This document shows positions 20,269 through 30,526 of a DNA stretch of 64,000 nt, piece by piece; position 1 is the stretch's first letter, and every line of letters begins with the position of its first letter. The stretch is from Planctomycetota bacterium (GTDB lineage Bacteria; Planctomycetota; UBA11346): the NCBI GenBank assembly GCA_038231435.1, contig JBBRLJ010000024.1, positions 26,546 to 90,545 on the forward strand, written 5' to 3'. The notes beneath the pieces were generated by a model. That model saw only the letters and a program-made list of their open reading frames with translations. It did not search any database and was not told where the DNA came from. The position numbers and the translations under genes are program-made.

Positions 20269-21551
20269 GCCTGTGCCTCACCCAGCGCATCGAGGAGATC
20301 ACGTGCCGCGTGACCGGTCGCGCCCAGTCGTTGTTCCAGGCCGACTGCGACGCGCGCGCCGACCAGATCCGCGAGGCCATCCGCGGGCGGCGCATCCTGG
20401 TCGCCGGCGGCGCCGGTTCGATCGGCTCGGCGACCATCATCGAGCTGTTGCGCCACCGCCCGGCGGCACTGGCGGTCCTCGATCCGAGCGAGAACAACCT
20501 CGCCGAACTGGTGCGCACCATCCGCGCGGGCGATGGTTTCTCGGGCGAGCTCTCGATCGAACCGCTGCCGTATGGCAGCGCGATCGCGCGCGCGTATCTG
20601 GCGTCGCAAAAGCCCTTCGATCTGGTTCTCTCGTTCGCCGCTCTCAAGCACGTGCGCTCGGAACGCGATTCGTTCTCGAGCCTGCGCATGCTCGAGGTGA
20701 ATCTCCTCGAGGCCGATCACTTCCTCGCGTCATTGCGTCTGCATGGTCATGGCAAGCACGGGGTGTTCTTCGTTTCGACCGACAAGGCGGCGAATCCAGT
20801 GAGCTTGATGGGCGCATCGAAGCGCGCGATGGAGCTGCTGCTCCATGCTCACAGCCAGTCCGGTGCTCCAACCAGCCTGATCCCTGGAGATCGACCGCTG
20901 CCACCCATGGCGGAATTGAAGAAGATCACGTCCACGCGTTTCGCGAATGTCGCTTTCAGTGATGGAAGTCTGCCGTGGGGATTCCTGCAACGGCTCGAGA
21001 AGTCCCAGCCCTTGGCGGCACCGAAGGACATCCGACGCTACTTGGTGTCGCCACGCGAATCCGGTCAGCTGTGTATGCTCGCCGCGCTGTGTTGCGCCCA
21101 TCAATGCCTGATGATTCCGGATCTCGACCCCGCTCGCGATCTGGTGTCATTCATCGACATCGCTGCCGAGACGCTGCGCGCCCACGGCTTGGAGCCTGCA
21201 TGGTACGATGATGAGGCGTCGGCGCGCGCGCATCTCGCGACCGACCGCGCGGCCAAGCGCTATCCGGTGCTGCGCACCATATCCGATACCAGCGGCGAGA
21301 AGGAGATCGAGGAGTTCGTAGGATCCGGTGAGCAAGCGATCGATATCGGTCTGAAGTCGGTGAGGTCGGTCGCGATACGAGGAGTTGGTCACTCTCGTGT
21401 ATCGGCGCTGCTCATGTCTCTCGATATGTCTGCTGATTACGAAAAGAAGCATTCGTCCGAGAACAAGCGCGACTTCGTGAAGGAACTCGAATATTTTCTT
21501 CCAGGCTTCGCCCACCGCGAGACCGGCCGCTCGCTCGATGGGAAGATGTGA
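20265..21551 (+). CDS. legB: NDP-GlcNAc 4,6-dehydratase, LegB-like
   Basis: GGAGSIG, SENNLAELVR, ALKHVRSE, STDKAANP, RFANVAFSDGSL, HRETGRSLDGKM. Confidence 0.85.
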   Translation: MSLCLTQRIEEITCRVTGRAQSLFQADCDARADQIREAIRGRRILVAGGAGSIGSATIIELLRHRPAALAVLDPSENNLAELVRTIRAGDGFSGELSIEPLPYGSAIARAYLASQKPFDLVLSFAALKHVRSERDSFSSLRMLEVNLLEADHFLASLRLHGHGKHGVFFVSTDKAANPVSLMGASKRAMELLLHAHSQSGAPTSLIPGDRPLPPMAELKKITSTRFANVAFSDGSLPWGFLQRLEKSQPLAAPKDIRRYLVSPRESGQLCMLAALCCAHQCLMIPDLDPARDLVSFIDIAAETLRAHGLEPAWYDDEASARAHLATDRAAKRYPVLRTISDTSGEKEIEEFVGSGEQAIDIGLKSVRSVAIRGVGHSRVSALLMSLDMSADYEKKHSSENKRDFVKELEYFLPGFAHRETGRSLDGKM

Positions 21552-22765
21552 TGGGCGCCACCATCCCGCTCTGCGAACCCTGTCTCGACGGCAATGCCGA
21601 ACGCTACCTGCAGGAGTGCCTGAAGAGCACCTTCGTCAGCTCGGTCGGCCCGTTCGTCGAGCGCTTCGAGCGCGAATTCGCCGCCTATGTCGGATCTCCG
21701 CACGCGGTGGCCTGCGCTAGCGGAACCGCCGCGATCCATCTCGCGCTGCGCGCGCTGGGCGTCGGACGCGGCGACCTGGTGCTGTGCGCCGACTTCACGT
21801 TCATCGCCACCGCCAACCCCGTCGTCTACCAGGGCGCCATCCCGTGCTTCATCGACAGCGAACCGGCGAGCTGGAACATGGATCCGCGCCTGCTCGCGAA
21901 TGCCCTCGACGAGCTCGCCGCCGAGAAGCGCCTGCCCAAGGCGGTGATCGCCGTGCACATCCTCGGCCAGCCCGCCGACCTGGGGCCGATCCTCGATGCC
22001 TGCGCTCGCCACCGCGTGCCGCTGATCGAGGACGCAGCCGAGGCGCTCGGCGCATCCTACGGCGCGGGATACCCGCATCCCGCCTGCCGCGGCCGCCAGG
22101 TGGGCTCCATCGGGCATGTCGGCTGCTACAGCTTCAATGGCAACAAGATCATCACCACCGGCGGCGGTGGCATGATCACCACCGCGGATGGCGACCTGGC
22201 CAAACGCATCAAGCACCTGTCGACCCAGGCCAAGCAGCCGGGGCTGGCGTTCGTACACGATCATGTCGGCTACAACTACCGCATGCCCAACCTCAATGCC
22301 GCATTGGGCGTGGCGCAGCTCGAGCGCATGCCGGCGTTCCTGGCGCGCAAACGCGCGATCGCCGAGCGCTACCGCAGCGCCTGCTCCGAGCTCGGTTTCG
22401 CCTTCCAGCCCGCGCTCGTCGACGTCCAGCCGAGCTGGTGGCTGCCGTCGCTGACGGTCGGATCGATCCGCGACAAGCTGCTCGAGCGCTTGACCGTGGC
22501 AGGCATCGGTGCGCGTCCGCTGTGGCTGCCGGTATCCGAGCAGCCGTGCTACGCATCGTTGCCGTCGTCAGCGTCCTCGACGTCGGCTCCGGACGCCGTC
22601 GGCCCGGGGAGGCGCATCTGGAGCTCGGGACTCGCGAAGCGGCTGGCACGCGAAGGACTCAGCCTGCCGTGCTCGGTCGGACTCGACGAGGCCACGCAAG
22701 AGCGCGTGATCGCTGAACTCGCCAATGCCGCCAGGGCCGTCGCAACCGCGAGCGCCACCCGATGA
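21548..22765 (+). CDS. legC: LegC-family PLP aminotransferase (DegT/DnrJ)
   Basis: VSSVGPFVERFE, EDAAEALG, SFNGNKIITTGGGG, GYNYRMPNLNAALG. Confidence 0.88.
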   Translation: MMGATIPLCEPCLDGNAERYLQECLKSTFVSSVGPFVERFEREFAAYVGSPHAVACASGTAAIHLALRALGVGRGDLVLCADFTFIATANPVVYQGAIPCFIDSEPASWNMDPRLLANALDELAAEKRLPKAVIAVHILGQPADLGPILDACARHRVPLIEDAAEALGASYGAGYPHPACRGRQVGSIGHVGCYSFNGNKIITTGGGGMITTADGDLAKRIKHLSTQAKQPGLAFVHDHVGYNYRMPNLNAALGVAQLERMPAFLARKRAIAERYRSACSELGFAFQPALVDVQPSWWLPSLTVGSIRDKLLERLTVAGIGARPLWLPVSEQPCYASLPSSASSTSAPDAVGPGRRIWSSGLAKRLAREGLSLPCSVGLDEATQERVIAELANAARAVATASATR

Positions 22766-22818
22766 CCCAAGACACGAACGATGTTCGCCGGCAGTGGACG
22801 GATCGGAGCTCCGAATGA
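22762..22818 (+). CDS. Bridging mini-ORF, 18 aa (MTQDTNDVRRQWTDRSSE)
   Basis: ATGA overlaps at both ends. Confidence 0.4.
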   Translation: MTQDTNDVRRQWTDRSSE

Positions 22819-23996
22819 TGCAGCTCGCGGTATTCACCAGCGGTCGGCAGGACGTCGGCATCATCGCGCCGGTCCTGCGCGAGCTCGCCGCGACGGCCGG
22901 GGTGCGCACCGAGCTGATCTCGGGCGGCCTGCATATCGGCCGCGGCAAGGCCGGCCGCGGCGCGCCCAAGGATATCGAGGGCTACCGCGTCGCCGCGTCG
23001 ATTCCGGCTTTTCCCGACGGCGATTCCGATCTCGCGGTCGCGCGCGCGGCGGGCGAGACGACCCTGCAGATGGCAGAGACGCTGGTCACGCTCGGCTCGC
23101 AGGCGCTGCTGCTCGCAGGCGACCGCTCAGAGACCCTGGCGGCCGCACTCGCCGCCACCTGCCTGCGCCTGCCGATCGTGCATCTGCATGGCGGCGAGGA
23201 ATCCGCGGGCGCCATCGACAACGCCTGCCGCCACGCCCTCACCAAGCTCGCACATCTGCACTGCGTCGCCCACGCGGATTTCCGCGCGCGCCTGATCGCC
23301 ATGGGTGAACGCGAGGACCGCGTGCACGTCACCGGCGCGCCCGCCCTCGACCAGGCCTGGTCCACGCCGCTGGATAACGCCGAGGAGCTCGCGCGCTCCC
23401 TCGGCCGTCAGGCGCTGGGGCATCCCCTGATCGTGATGACCCACCATCCGACCACCATCGGCGGGCTCTCGCCCACCATCGAAATCGCGGCGGTCATCGA
23501 TGGCGTGCGCGCGGCGGTGCGCGATCGCCCGGATGCGCTGGTGGTCATGACCAAGGCCAACCACGACGCCGGCGGCGGCGCCATCAACCACCTGCTCGCG
23601 GCGCAGGCTTCGGTGGACAGCCGCTTCATGCTCGTGGATGCGCTCGGCACCCGACGCTACTACAGCCTGCTGGCGCTCGCCGATGCGATGGTCGGCAACA
23701 GCTCGAGCGGGATCCTCGAGGCGCCGACATTCTCGCTGCCAGTGGTGAACGTCGGCGAGCGCCAGCGCGGGCGGCTGCGCATAGGCGCGGTCGCCGACGC
23801 GCCGACGCAAGGGCCGGCGATCGGCGCCGCGCTGTCCCGCCTGCTCGCCTCGCCGCGCGCAGCGGGTGTCCCGGTGGCCACCGCGTACGGCGATGGCCAC
23901 GCGGCTGCGCGCGTACGTGCGGCGATCGAGGCCTTCGCCGCCGAGCCTGCGGAAGCGCGTCTCGACAAGACCCCGCGCAAGAAGGGCGCCGCATGA
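22815..23996 (+). CDS. neuC: Hydrolysing NDP-HexNAc 2-epimerase (NeuC/LegG), copy 1
   Basis: GDRSE, HLHGGE, IDNACRHALTKLAH, GNSSSGILEAP, NVGERQRGR, YGDG. Confidence 0.88.
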   Translation: MMQLAVFTSGRQDVGIIAPVLRELAATAGVRTELISGGLHIGRGKAGRGAPKDIEGYRVAASIPAFPDGDSDLAVARAAGETTLQMAETLVTLGSQALLLAGDRSETLAAALAATCLRLPIVHLHGGEESAGAIDNACRHALTKLAHLHCVAHADFRARLIAMGEREDRVHVTGAPALDQAWSTPLDNAEELARSLGRQALGHPLIVMTHHPTTIGGLSPTIEIAAVIDGVRAAVRDRPDALVVMTKANHDAGGGAINHLLAAQASVDSRFMLVDALGTRRYYSLLALADAMVGNSSSGILEAPTFSLPVVNVGERQRGRLRIGAVADAPTQGPAIGAALSRLLASPRAAGVPVATAYGDGHAAARVRAAIEAFAAEPAEARLDKTPRKKGAA

Positions 23997-25072
23997 CCAG
24001 GAATCTGCCGGAGCCGACGCTCGCCTCGTTGGTGGTGCGCCCCGAGGACAGCATCATCGAAGTGATGCGGGCAATCGACCGCAACGGCTTCGAGGTCGCG
24101 CTGGTGTGCGATACCGGGCGTCGGCTGCTCGCGGTGGTCACCGATGGCGACATCCGCCGCGCGCTCATCCGCGGCGACGCCCTGACCCGCGCCATCGAAG
24201 GCGTCGGAAAGACGGCATTCACCTCGCTGCCCCCGGGTTCCACCCGTGCCGAGGCCCTGCAGCTGATGCTCACCCTCGGGATCAAGTCGGTTCCGGTGAT
24301 CGACGCGGACAAGCGGCTGGTCGACCTGCATACGGTGCAGTTGGCGCTGAACGCGGCGGCATGCGCATCGTGGGCCGTGGTCATGGCCGGCGGAAAAGGC
24401 GAGCGCCTGGGCGAGCTGACCACCGGCATGCCCAAACCCATGCTGCCGATCGGCGACCGCCCGATCCTCGAGCACATCGTCCAGCACCTGGTCAGCCACG
24501 GCATCCGCAGGATCTTCCTCTCGGTCAATTACCTCGGCTCGATGATCGAGGATCATTTCGGGGACGGCAGCCGCTTCCACTGCCGCATCGACTACCTGCG
24601 CGAGCGCGAACCGCTCGGCACCGGCGGCGCCCTGGGCCTGCTTCCAGAACGGCCGACGGCGCCGGTGCTGGTGATGAACGGAGATCTGCTCACCCGCATC
24701 AACGTTGGCAAGCTGCTCGACTTCCATCGCGACGCCAAGGCGGCGGCGACGCTCGCGCTGCGCGACCACGTGGTGAAGGTCCCGTTCGGCGTTGCCGAGA
24801 TCAGCGGCGATCGCATCACCCGGCTGGTGGAGAAGCCCGAGGTCTCGTACCTGATCAATGCCGGCATCTACGTGCTCGAGCCGCAGCTGCTGGCGCTGAT
24901 CCCGGCGGGCGTGAACTATCCGATCACCCGCCTGGTGGAGCAGTGCCTGGGCGACGGGAACACAGTGGCCGCGTATCCCATGCAAGAGGTGTGGGCGGAC
25001 ATCGGCGTGCCCGAGGAATACGATTCGGGCACCGCCAAGCGCCGTCCAGCGGGCCGCGGCTCGGCCACGTGA
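23993..25072 (+). CDS. CBS-domain sugar-phosphate nucleotidyltransferase (PtmE-like)
   Basis: N-terminal CBS pair (TDGDIRR), MAGGKGERL, PKPML, PLGTGG, NGDLLT. Confidence 0.88.
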   Translation: MTRNLPEPTLASLVVRPEDSIIEVMRAIDRNGFEVALVCDTGRRLLAVVTDGDIRRALIRGDALTRAIEGVGKTAFTSLPPGSTRAEALQLMLTLGIKSVPVIDADKRLVDLHTVQLALNAAACASWAVVMAGGKGERLGELTTGMPKPMLPIGDRPILEHIVQHLVSHGIRRIFLSVNYLGSMIEDHFGDGSRFHCRIDYLREREPLGTGGALGLLPERPTAPVLVMNGDLLTRINVGKLLDFHRDAKAAATLALRDHVVKVPFGVAEISGDRITRLVEKPEVSYLINAGIYVLEPQLLALIPAGVNYPITRLVEQCLGDGNTVAAYPMQEVWADIGVPEEYDSGTAKRRPAGRGSAT

Positions 25073-25134
25073 GATATGCGCGTGGGCGCGGGGTTGCGCG
25101 CCAGCCGAGCGGCAGGTCCAGGTCGCCGACGTGA
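25069..25134 (+). CDS. Bridging mini-ORF, 21 aa (MRYARGRGVARQPSGRSRSPT)
   Basis: GTGA overlaps at both ends. Confidence 0.4.
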   Translation: MRYARGRGVARQPSGRSRSPT

Positions 25135-26660
25135 GCATCCGCCGCTTCGCCACCGCTAGCGCGTGGATCTCTGGCGGACTGCTCGCTGGGCGTCTCGCGG
25201 GCTTCGTGCGCGAGTCGACCGTCGCGGCGACCTTCGGTGCCGGTGAACGCGCGGACGCGGCGGTGCTGGTGCTGACCGTGCCCGACCTGCTGGTGAACAT
25301 CCTCGCGGGTGGCGCACTGTCGGTGGCGCTGGTGCCGGAGTTCACCCGTCGCGCGCACGCTGATGGGCGCCGGCTGTTCCTGCGCGCGAGCGCGATCGTG
25401 GCGCTGGCCTTCGCGGCAGTCGCCATGGTCCTGGCGGTGGTTCCAGGCGTGCTGGTGTCCGCCCTTGCACCCGGGCTTCCCTCCGCCGCCATCGTCGACA
25501 TCTCGGCACCGATGCGCTGGGTGTTGTGGTCGATCCCGCTGACCGCGCTCGCGGGCGTCAGCACCGCCTATCTGCAGGCCCGAGGACGCTTCGCGGTCGC
25601 GGCGCTCGGGACCCTGATCTTCAATACGGTGGTGATCGTCGGGCTGTTCGCGCTGGTGCGCCAGCGCGGTTCGCTCGACCTGCTGGCCCTCGCGATCATC
25701 GCCGCGTCGCTGGCGCGCTGGCTCAGCCAGCTCGCCGCCCTGCCCGGGCCGGACCTGTCGCGATCCGCGACTGGCGAGGTCCGGCCAGCGACGGACCTCG
25801 CCGCATCGCTCATGGCGCGCTACGGCCAGGCGCTGCTCGCAGGTGGATTCCTGCTGCTGCTGCCGGTGGTGGTGCGCGCGATCGCCTCGTGCGGAGACGC
25901 GGGCGGGATCGCCCGGATCAACTACGCGACCAAGCTGGTGGAACTGCCACTCGGCGCCTGCGTCACGGTGCTGTCGGTGGCGCTCTTCCCGAGGCTGTCC
26001 GAGCATTTCGGCGCGGATGCGCGCTCTCCCGCCGCCGCCACGCTGCTGCGCGAGGGGGTGCTCGCGGTTCTGGCATTGGCGCTGGCGGCGACGGTGGCCA
26101 CCACCTGGTTCAGCGCCGAACTCGCGCGACTCGCCTTCGGCTGGGGCGGCATGGGCGACGACGCGATCGCGGCGGTGGGCGCGCTGGCGGCGATCGGGTT
26201 CCTGTCGCTGCCTGCGCAGGGCGTGTCGAGCCTGGTGGTGGCCGCCTTCAACGCCAAGCGCGACGTGGCGACGCCGATGTGGATCAACCTCCTGGCCTTG
26301 CCCGCGCTCGCTGGGGTGGGCTGGATCGCCTCCGGACGCTGGGGCCTGGTGGGATTGATGGCGGCGCTCACTGGCACCTATTGGCTGGTCGCCATCACCC
26401 AGGTGGCGGCGCTGCAGATCCGTCACGGCATCGCGCTCGCGCCGACCCTGTGCGGGTTGCCCGCGGCCCGCTTGCTGGTCGCCTGCGTGCTCGGCTTCGC
26501 TCCGGTTGCGGCGTTGTGCCTGGTCTGGCATCCAGGCCGATTCGCCGCCACGGCTCTCGCTGGCGTGGGCTTCCTACTCGCCAACGGGGCGTGCGTGCTG
26601 GCCACCCCGCACTGGCGATCGCGCGCCCTGCATCCACGCCTGGCCAAGCCCTCGCCATGA
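25131..26660 (+). CDS. MurJ/MviN-like MOP flippase
   Basis: GRLAGFVRE, FGAG, ALVPEF, INYATKLVELPLG; many TM helices. Confidence 0.85.
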   Translation: MSIRRFATASAWISGGLLAGRLAGFVRESTVAATFGAGERADAAVLVLTVPDLLVNILAGGALSVALVPEFTRRAHADGRRLFLRASAIVALAFAAVAMVLAVVPGVLVSALAPGLPSAAIVDISAPMRWVLWSIPLTALAGVSTAYLQARGRFAVAALGTLIFNTVVIVGLFALVRQRGSLDLLALAIIAASLARWLSQLAALPGPDLSRSATGEVRPATDLAASLMARYGQALLAGGFLLLLPVVVRAIASCGDAGGIARINYATKLVELPLGACVTVLSVALFPRLSEHFGADARSPAAATLLREGVLAVLALALAATVATTWFSAELARLAFGWGGMGDDAIAAVGALAAIGFLSLPAQGVSSLVVAAFNAKRDVATPMWINLLALPALAGVGWIASGRWGLVGLMAALTGTYWLVAITQVAALQIRHGIALAPTLCGLPAARLLVACVLGFAPVAALCLVWHPGRFAATALAGVGFLLANGACVLATPHWRSRALHPRLAKPSP

Positions 26661-26671
26661 GCCTCCTGTGA
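26657..26671 (+). CDS. Bridging mini-ORF, 4 aa (MSLL)
   Basis: ATGA overlap upstream, GTGA overlap downstream. Confidence 0.3.
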   Translation: MSLL

Positions 26672-27549
26672 TCCGCCTGATCCTGATCACCAATAGTCCA
26701 GCGCTCGCGGCGCACGGCGCCGCCTGCGGCGTCGGCCGGGTCATGGTCGATCTCGAGATCCTGGGCAAGCACGAGCGCCAGGGCCACCTCGATACGCTGA
26801 TCAGCGCCCACGCGATGTCCGACGTGCGGCCGGTGCGCGAAGCGGTGGCCGCCGCCAGAGCTGGGGCAGGGGCCGCCGAAGTGATGGTGCGCCTCAATCC
26901 GCTCCACGCCGGCAGCGGTGGCGAGATCGACGGCGCGATCGCGTCCGGCGCCGAGCTGCTGATGCTGCCGATGTGGCGCACCGCGTCAGAGGTGCGCGCG
27001 TTCTGCTCGCTGGTGCGCTCTCGCGCGCGCGTGGTGCCGCTCGTCGAGACCCCGGAGGCGATGCGCTGCGTGGGCGAGGCGGCGCGCGTGGAGGGGGTCT
27101 CCGAGCTCTACATCGGCTTGAACGACCTCCATCTCGGCCTCGGCATGACCTTCATGTTCGAGCCGCTCGCCTCGGGACTGGTCGACGGCATGGCGCGCGA
27201 TATCCGCGAGGCGGGCAAGCCCTTCGGTTTCGGCGGCATCGCCCGCGTTGGGCAGGGGACGCTGCCGGCGGAACGCATCCTCGGCGAGCACGTGCGGCTC
27301 GGGTCCTCGGCGGTGATCCTGTCGCGGGCGTTCCACGGTCAGGCTAAAGGCCTCGATGGCCTGCCAGCTGGCCTCGACCTGGCGAGCGAGATCGCGGCGC
27401 TGCGCGCGGCCGAAACCAGGCTGCGGCAGCGCGATGCCGCGGCTGTCGAGGCCGATCGCCTGGCGGTGGGCGCCGGCGTCGCGGAGATCGTCTTCGCCAT
27501 CCGCGCCCGTCCGGCCAAGGATCCGCAGCGCGCGGGTGGCCGGCCGTGA
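26668..27549 (+). CDS. HpcH/HpaI aldolase / citrate-lyase-like TIM barrel
   Basis: VDLEILGKHERQ, VRLNP, LMLPM, PLVET, IGLNDL, FGFGG. Confidence 0.75.
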   Translation: MIRLILITNSPALAAHGAACGVGRVMVDLEILGKHERQGHLDTLISAHAMSDVRPVREAVAAARAGAGAAEVMVRLNPLHAGSGGEIDGAIASGAELLMLPMWRTASEVRAFCSLVRSRARVVPLVETPEAMRCVGEAARVEGVSELYIGLNDLHLGLGMTFMFEPLASGLVDGMARDIREAGKPFGFGGIARVGQGTLPAERILGEHVRLGSSAVILSRAFHGQAKGLDGLPAGLDLASEIAALRAAETRLRQRDAAAVEADRLAVGAGVAEIVFAIRARPAKDPQRAGGRP

Positions 27550-28103
27550 AACGCGTGTTCGACGTGGTAGTCGCGCTGATCGCGCTGATCGCGCTGTCAC
27601 CGCTCCTGATCCTCACCGCGCTGGTGGTGGTGTCGACCTCCCGTGGCGGGGTGTTCTTCCGCCAGGACCGCGTCGGCCGGGGCGGCGCCACCTTCCGCAT
27701 CTTCAAATTCCGCAGCATGGTCGCCGGCGCAGACCGCGTCGGCCCCTATTCGACGGCTCCCGGTGACGCGCGCATCACCCGCGTCGGCCACGTGTTGCGG
27801 CGCACCAGCATCGATGAATTGCCGCAGCTCCTGAACGTGATCATGGGCCACATGAGCCTGGTCGGGCCGCGCCCCGATGTGCCCGCGCAGCGCGAGCTGT
27901 ACAGCGAGGACGAATGGCGCTCCCGCCACGCCGTCAGGCCGGGCATCACCGGGCTGGCCCAGGCCACGCTGCGCTCGGCCGCGACCATGGAGCAGCGCAA
28001 GGCGCTCGATCTCGACTACGCGTCGCGGCCATCGCTGTGGTTCGATCTGCGCATCATGGCCATGACCATCAAGCAGGTGCTGTTCAAGGGCGGCAACCAC
28101 TAG
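27546..28103 (+). CDS. Small monotopic phosphoglycosyl transferase (PglC-like)
   Basis: KRVFD, KFRSM, DELPQL, SLVGPRP, RPGITG. Confidence 0.92.
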   Translation: MKRVFDVVVALIALIALSPLLILTALVVVSTSRGGVFFRQDRVGRGGATFRIFKFRSMVAGADRVGPYSTAPGDARITRVGHVLRRTSIDELPQLLNVIMGHMSLVGPRPDVPAQRELYSEDEWRSRHAVRPGITGLAQATLRSAATMEQRKALDLDYASRPSLWFDLRIMAMTIKQVLFKGGNH

Positions 28104-28171
28104 TGCGCAACTTCCGCGGAACGGACGTTTCCCGGATTGAACCCGTCACTCCGGCCGTGTCTGGCGCATGA
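28103..28171 (+). CDS. Bridging mini-ORF, 22 aa (MRNFRGTDVSRIEPVTPAVSGA)
   Basis: TAGTG overlap upstream, ATGA overlap downstream. Confidence 0.4.
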   Translation: MRNFRGTDVSRIEPVTPAVSGA

Positions 28172-29346
28172 AGAGCATCCTCGCTATCGCCTACGGTGGC
28201 GGACACATCGCCTGCCTGCTGCCGGTCGTCGAGCGCCTGCGCGCGCGCGGAGACCGCGTCGAGCTGCTCGCCCTGACCACCGCGGCCTCGGTCTGCGCCG
28301 CGCGCGGCATCGCGCATCGCCGGTTCGCCGACTTCGCCGAGATCCAGGATGCGCGCTCGCGCGTGCACGGAGAACGCCTCGCCGGCGATCAGCCCGCCAA
28401 CGCGGCGGTGCCGCGCGCTGAGACCGTCGCCTACCTCGGCGCGAACTACCGTGACCTCGAGGACGCGATCGGGGCGGACGCCGCGGCCACGCGCTTCGCT
28501 GGCGAGGGCCGTCAGTGCTTCCTGCCGGTCGCCTCACTCACCGCGATCCTGCGTTCGCTGCGCCCCGACGTGGTGCTCGCCACCTCCGCTCCACGCGCCG
28601 AGCGCGCTGCGGTGATCGCTGCGCGTTCGCTCGGCATCCCCACCGTGGTGGTGGTCGATCTGTTCGGGATGTGGGAGGACTGGCTGGTGGACGCGGCGTA
28701 CGGCGACGCGGTCTGCGTACTCTCAACCTCGGTGAAGGAGCGGCTGGTGGCCGCGGGACGGCCCGCCATGCACATCACCGTCACCGGCAACCCCGCATTC
28801 GACCGGCTCGGCGATCCCACGCTGCGACTGCGCGGCCTCGAGCTGCGCGCGGCGCGTGGTTGGAGCGATCACCGCGTCGTGACCTGGGCGAGCCAGCCGG
28901 AACCCGATGACCCGCGGCTGCCGCGCCGCATCGAGGAGCAGCTGATCGCGGCGCTGCCGTCGCATCCGGACTGGCAGCTGGTGCTGCGCCCGCATCCGAG
29001 CGACAGCCATGCTCCGCCCGCCGCCGCCGACCGTCTGGCGATCAGCACCCGCGAAGACGATCTGCATACCCTGCTCGCTGCGAGCGACGCGGTGGTGACC
29101 ATGACCTCGACCGTGGGCCTGGAGGCGGTCATCGCCGGCAAGCCGCTGGTCACTTGGGACCGCAGCCAGAATACCCGCTACTGTCCTTACAGCGAGATGG
29201 GCCTGTCGCGCGGAGTCACCGAGCTGTCGGCCCTGCCTTCCGCAATCGCCGAGGCGCTGGCTGGCGGAATCCCCAAGCCGTCGCTGCCGCCGGTCGGCGG
29301 CTCCGGCGAACGTGTCGTCGCCGTGATCGACCGGGTGGCACCATGA
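28168..29346 (+). CDS. GT-B glycosyltransferase, candidate nonulosonate transferase
   Basis: YGGGH, TGNPAFD, LRPHP, STVGLEA. Confidence 0.7.
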   Translation: MKSILAIAYGGGHIACLLPVVERLRARGDRVELLALTTAASVCAARGIAHRRFADFAEIQDARSRVHGERLAGDQPANAAVPRAETVAYLGANYRDLEDAIGADAAATRFAGEGRQCFLPVASLTAILRSLRPDVVLATSAPRAERAAVIAARSLGIPTVVVVDLFGMWEDWLVDAAYGDAVCVLSTSVKERLVAAGRPAMHITVTGNPAFDRLGDPTLRLRGLELRAARGWSDHRVVTWASQPEPDDPRLPRRIEEQLIAALPSHPDWQLVLRPHPSDSHAPPAAADRLAISTREDDLHTLLAASDAVVTMTSTVGLEAVIAGKPLVTWDRSQNTRYCPYSEMGLSRGVTELSALPSAIAEALAGGIPKPSLPPVGGSGERVVAVIDRVAP

Positions 29347-29474
29347 CCATCCACCCTGACCACCCACGCTCGCGGCCTCGGTCTTGCGCCACCATATCCC
29401 ATGACCCAACGTCTCCATCCATGACCAATCGCCGACCGACCGTGCGCACCTGCTCCGACGCGGATCATCCATGA
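29343..29474 (+). CDS. Bridging mini-ORF, 43 aa (MTIHPDHPRS...DADHP)
   Basis: ATGA overlaps at both ends; low-complexity sequence. Confidence 0.4.
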   Translation: MTIHPDHPRSRPRSCATISHDPTSPSMTNRRPTVRTCSDADHP

Positions 29475-30526
29475 GCGGAATCCCCGAACTCGACATCGGC
29501 ATCCGGCGCATTGGACCGGGACACCCGTGCTTCATCATCGCCGAGGCCGGCGTCAATCACGATGGCGATTACGATCAGGCGCGCCGGCTGATCGACGCCG
29601 CCGCCACTGCCGGCGCCGATGCGGTCAAGTTCCAGACCTGGCGCACCGAGCTGATCTGCAAGCCCGGTGCCGCCACCGCCGCGTACCAGCAGGAGGCCAC
29701 CGGCGCCGCCGACCAGTTCGCCATGCTCAAGGCTCTGGAGCCGCCCCAGGCCTGGCATGCGCCGCTGCGCGATCACGCGCGTGCGCGCGGCATCCTCTTC
29801 CTATCAACGCCTGACGAGATCGTCAGCGCGCGCTTCCTGCACGCGCTCGGGCTGCCGCTCCTGAAGATCGGTTCGGCTGAGCTCGACAACCTGCCGTTCC
29901 TGCACGCTGTCGGCGGTCTGTGCACGCCGATCCTGCTGTCCACCGGCATGGGCGACCTGGCCGAGGTCGCCGCCGCGCTCGACGCCCTGCGCGCCGGCGG
30001 CTGCCCAGGCATCGGCCTGTTCCACTGCGTGAGCGACTATCCAGCGCCATTGGCGCAGATGAACGTGCGCGCGATCGAGACCCTGCGCCGCGCCTTCGGC
30101 GTGCCGGTGGGGCTCAGCGACCACTATCCAGGCGTGGAAGCGGCGCTGGCGGCGGTCGGCGTCGGCATGGACATCTGGGAGAAGCACTTCACCACCGATC
30201 GCGCGCGCAGCGGCCCGGACCATCGCATGAGTCTCGAGCCCGCCGAGCTGAAGGCGCAGATCCTGGCGGTGCGCGCGGCAGAGACCGCGTTGGGCGACGG
30301 CCGCAAGGTACCTCAGGCGTCCGAGCTCGCCACCCGCGCGGTGGTGCGCAAGCGCCTGTGCGCGGCGCGCGCCCTGCCCGCCGGACACGTGCTGGCTGCC
30401 GACGATCTCACCGGGCTGCGCGCCGAGCGCGGCCTGCCCATCTCGGCATGGAGCGCGGTGATCGGCCGCCGCCTGGCGCGCGCGGTCGGACATCTCGACG
30501 CGCTGGTCGACGAGGATCTCGGCTGA
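29471..30526 (+). CDS. neuB: Nonulosonic acid synthase (NeuB/LegI) with SAF domain
   Basis: IIAEAGVNHDG, DAVKFQT, LSTGM, HCVSDYP, GLSDH, EKHFT, GPDH. Confidence 0.93.
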   Translation: MSGIPELDIGIRRIGPGHPCFIIAEAGVNHDGDYDQARRLIDAAATAGADAVKFQTWRTELICKPGAATAAYQQEATGAADQFAMLKALEPPQAWHAPLRDHARARGILFLSTPDEIVSARFLHALGLPLLKIGSAELDNLPFLHAVGGLCTPILLSTGMGDLAEVAAALDALRAGGCPGIGLFHCVSDYPAPLAQMNVRAIETLRRAFGVPVGLSDHYPGVEAALAAVGVGMDIWEKHFTTDRARSGPDHRMSLEPAELKAQILAVRAAETALGDGRKVPQASELATRAVVRKRLCAARALPAGHVLAADDLTGLRAERGLPISAWSAVIGRRLARAVGHLDALVDEDLG

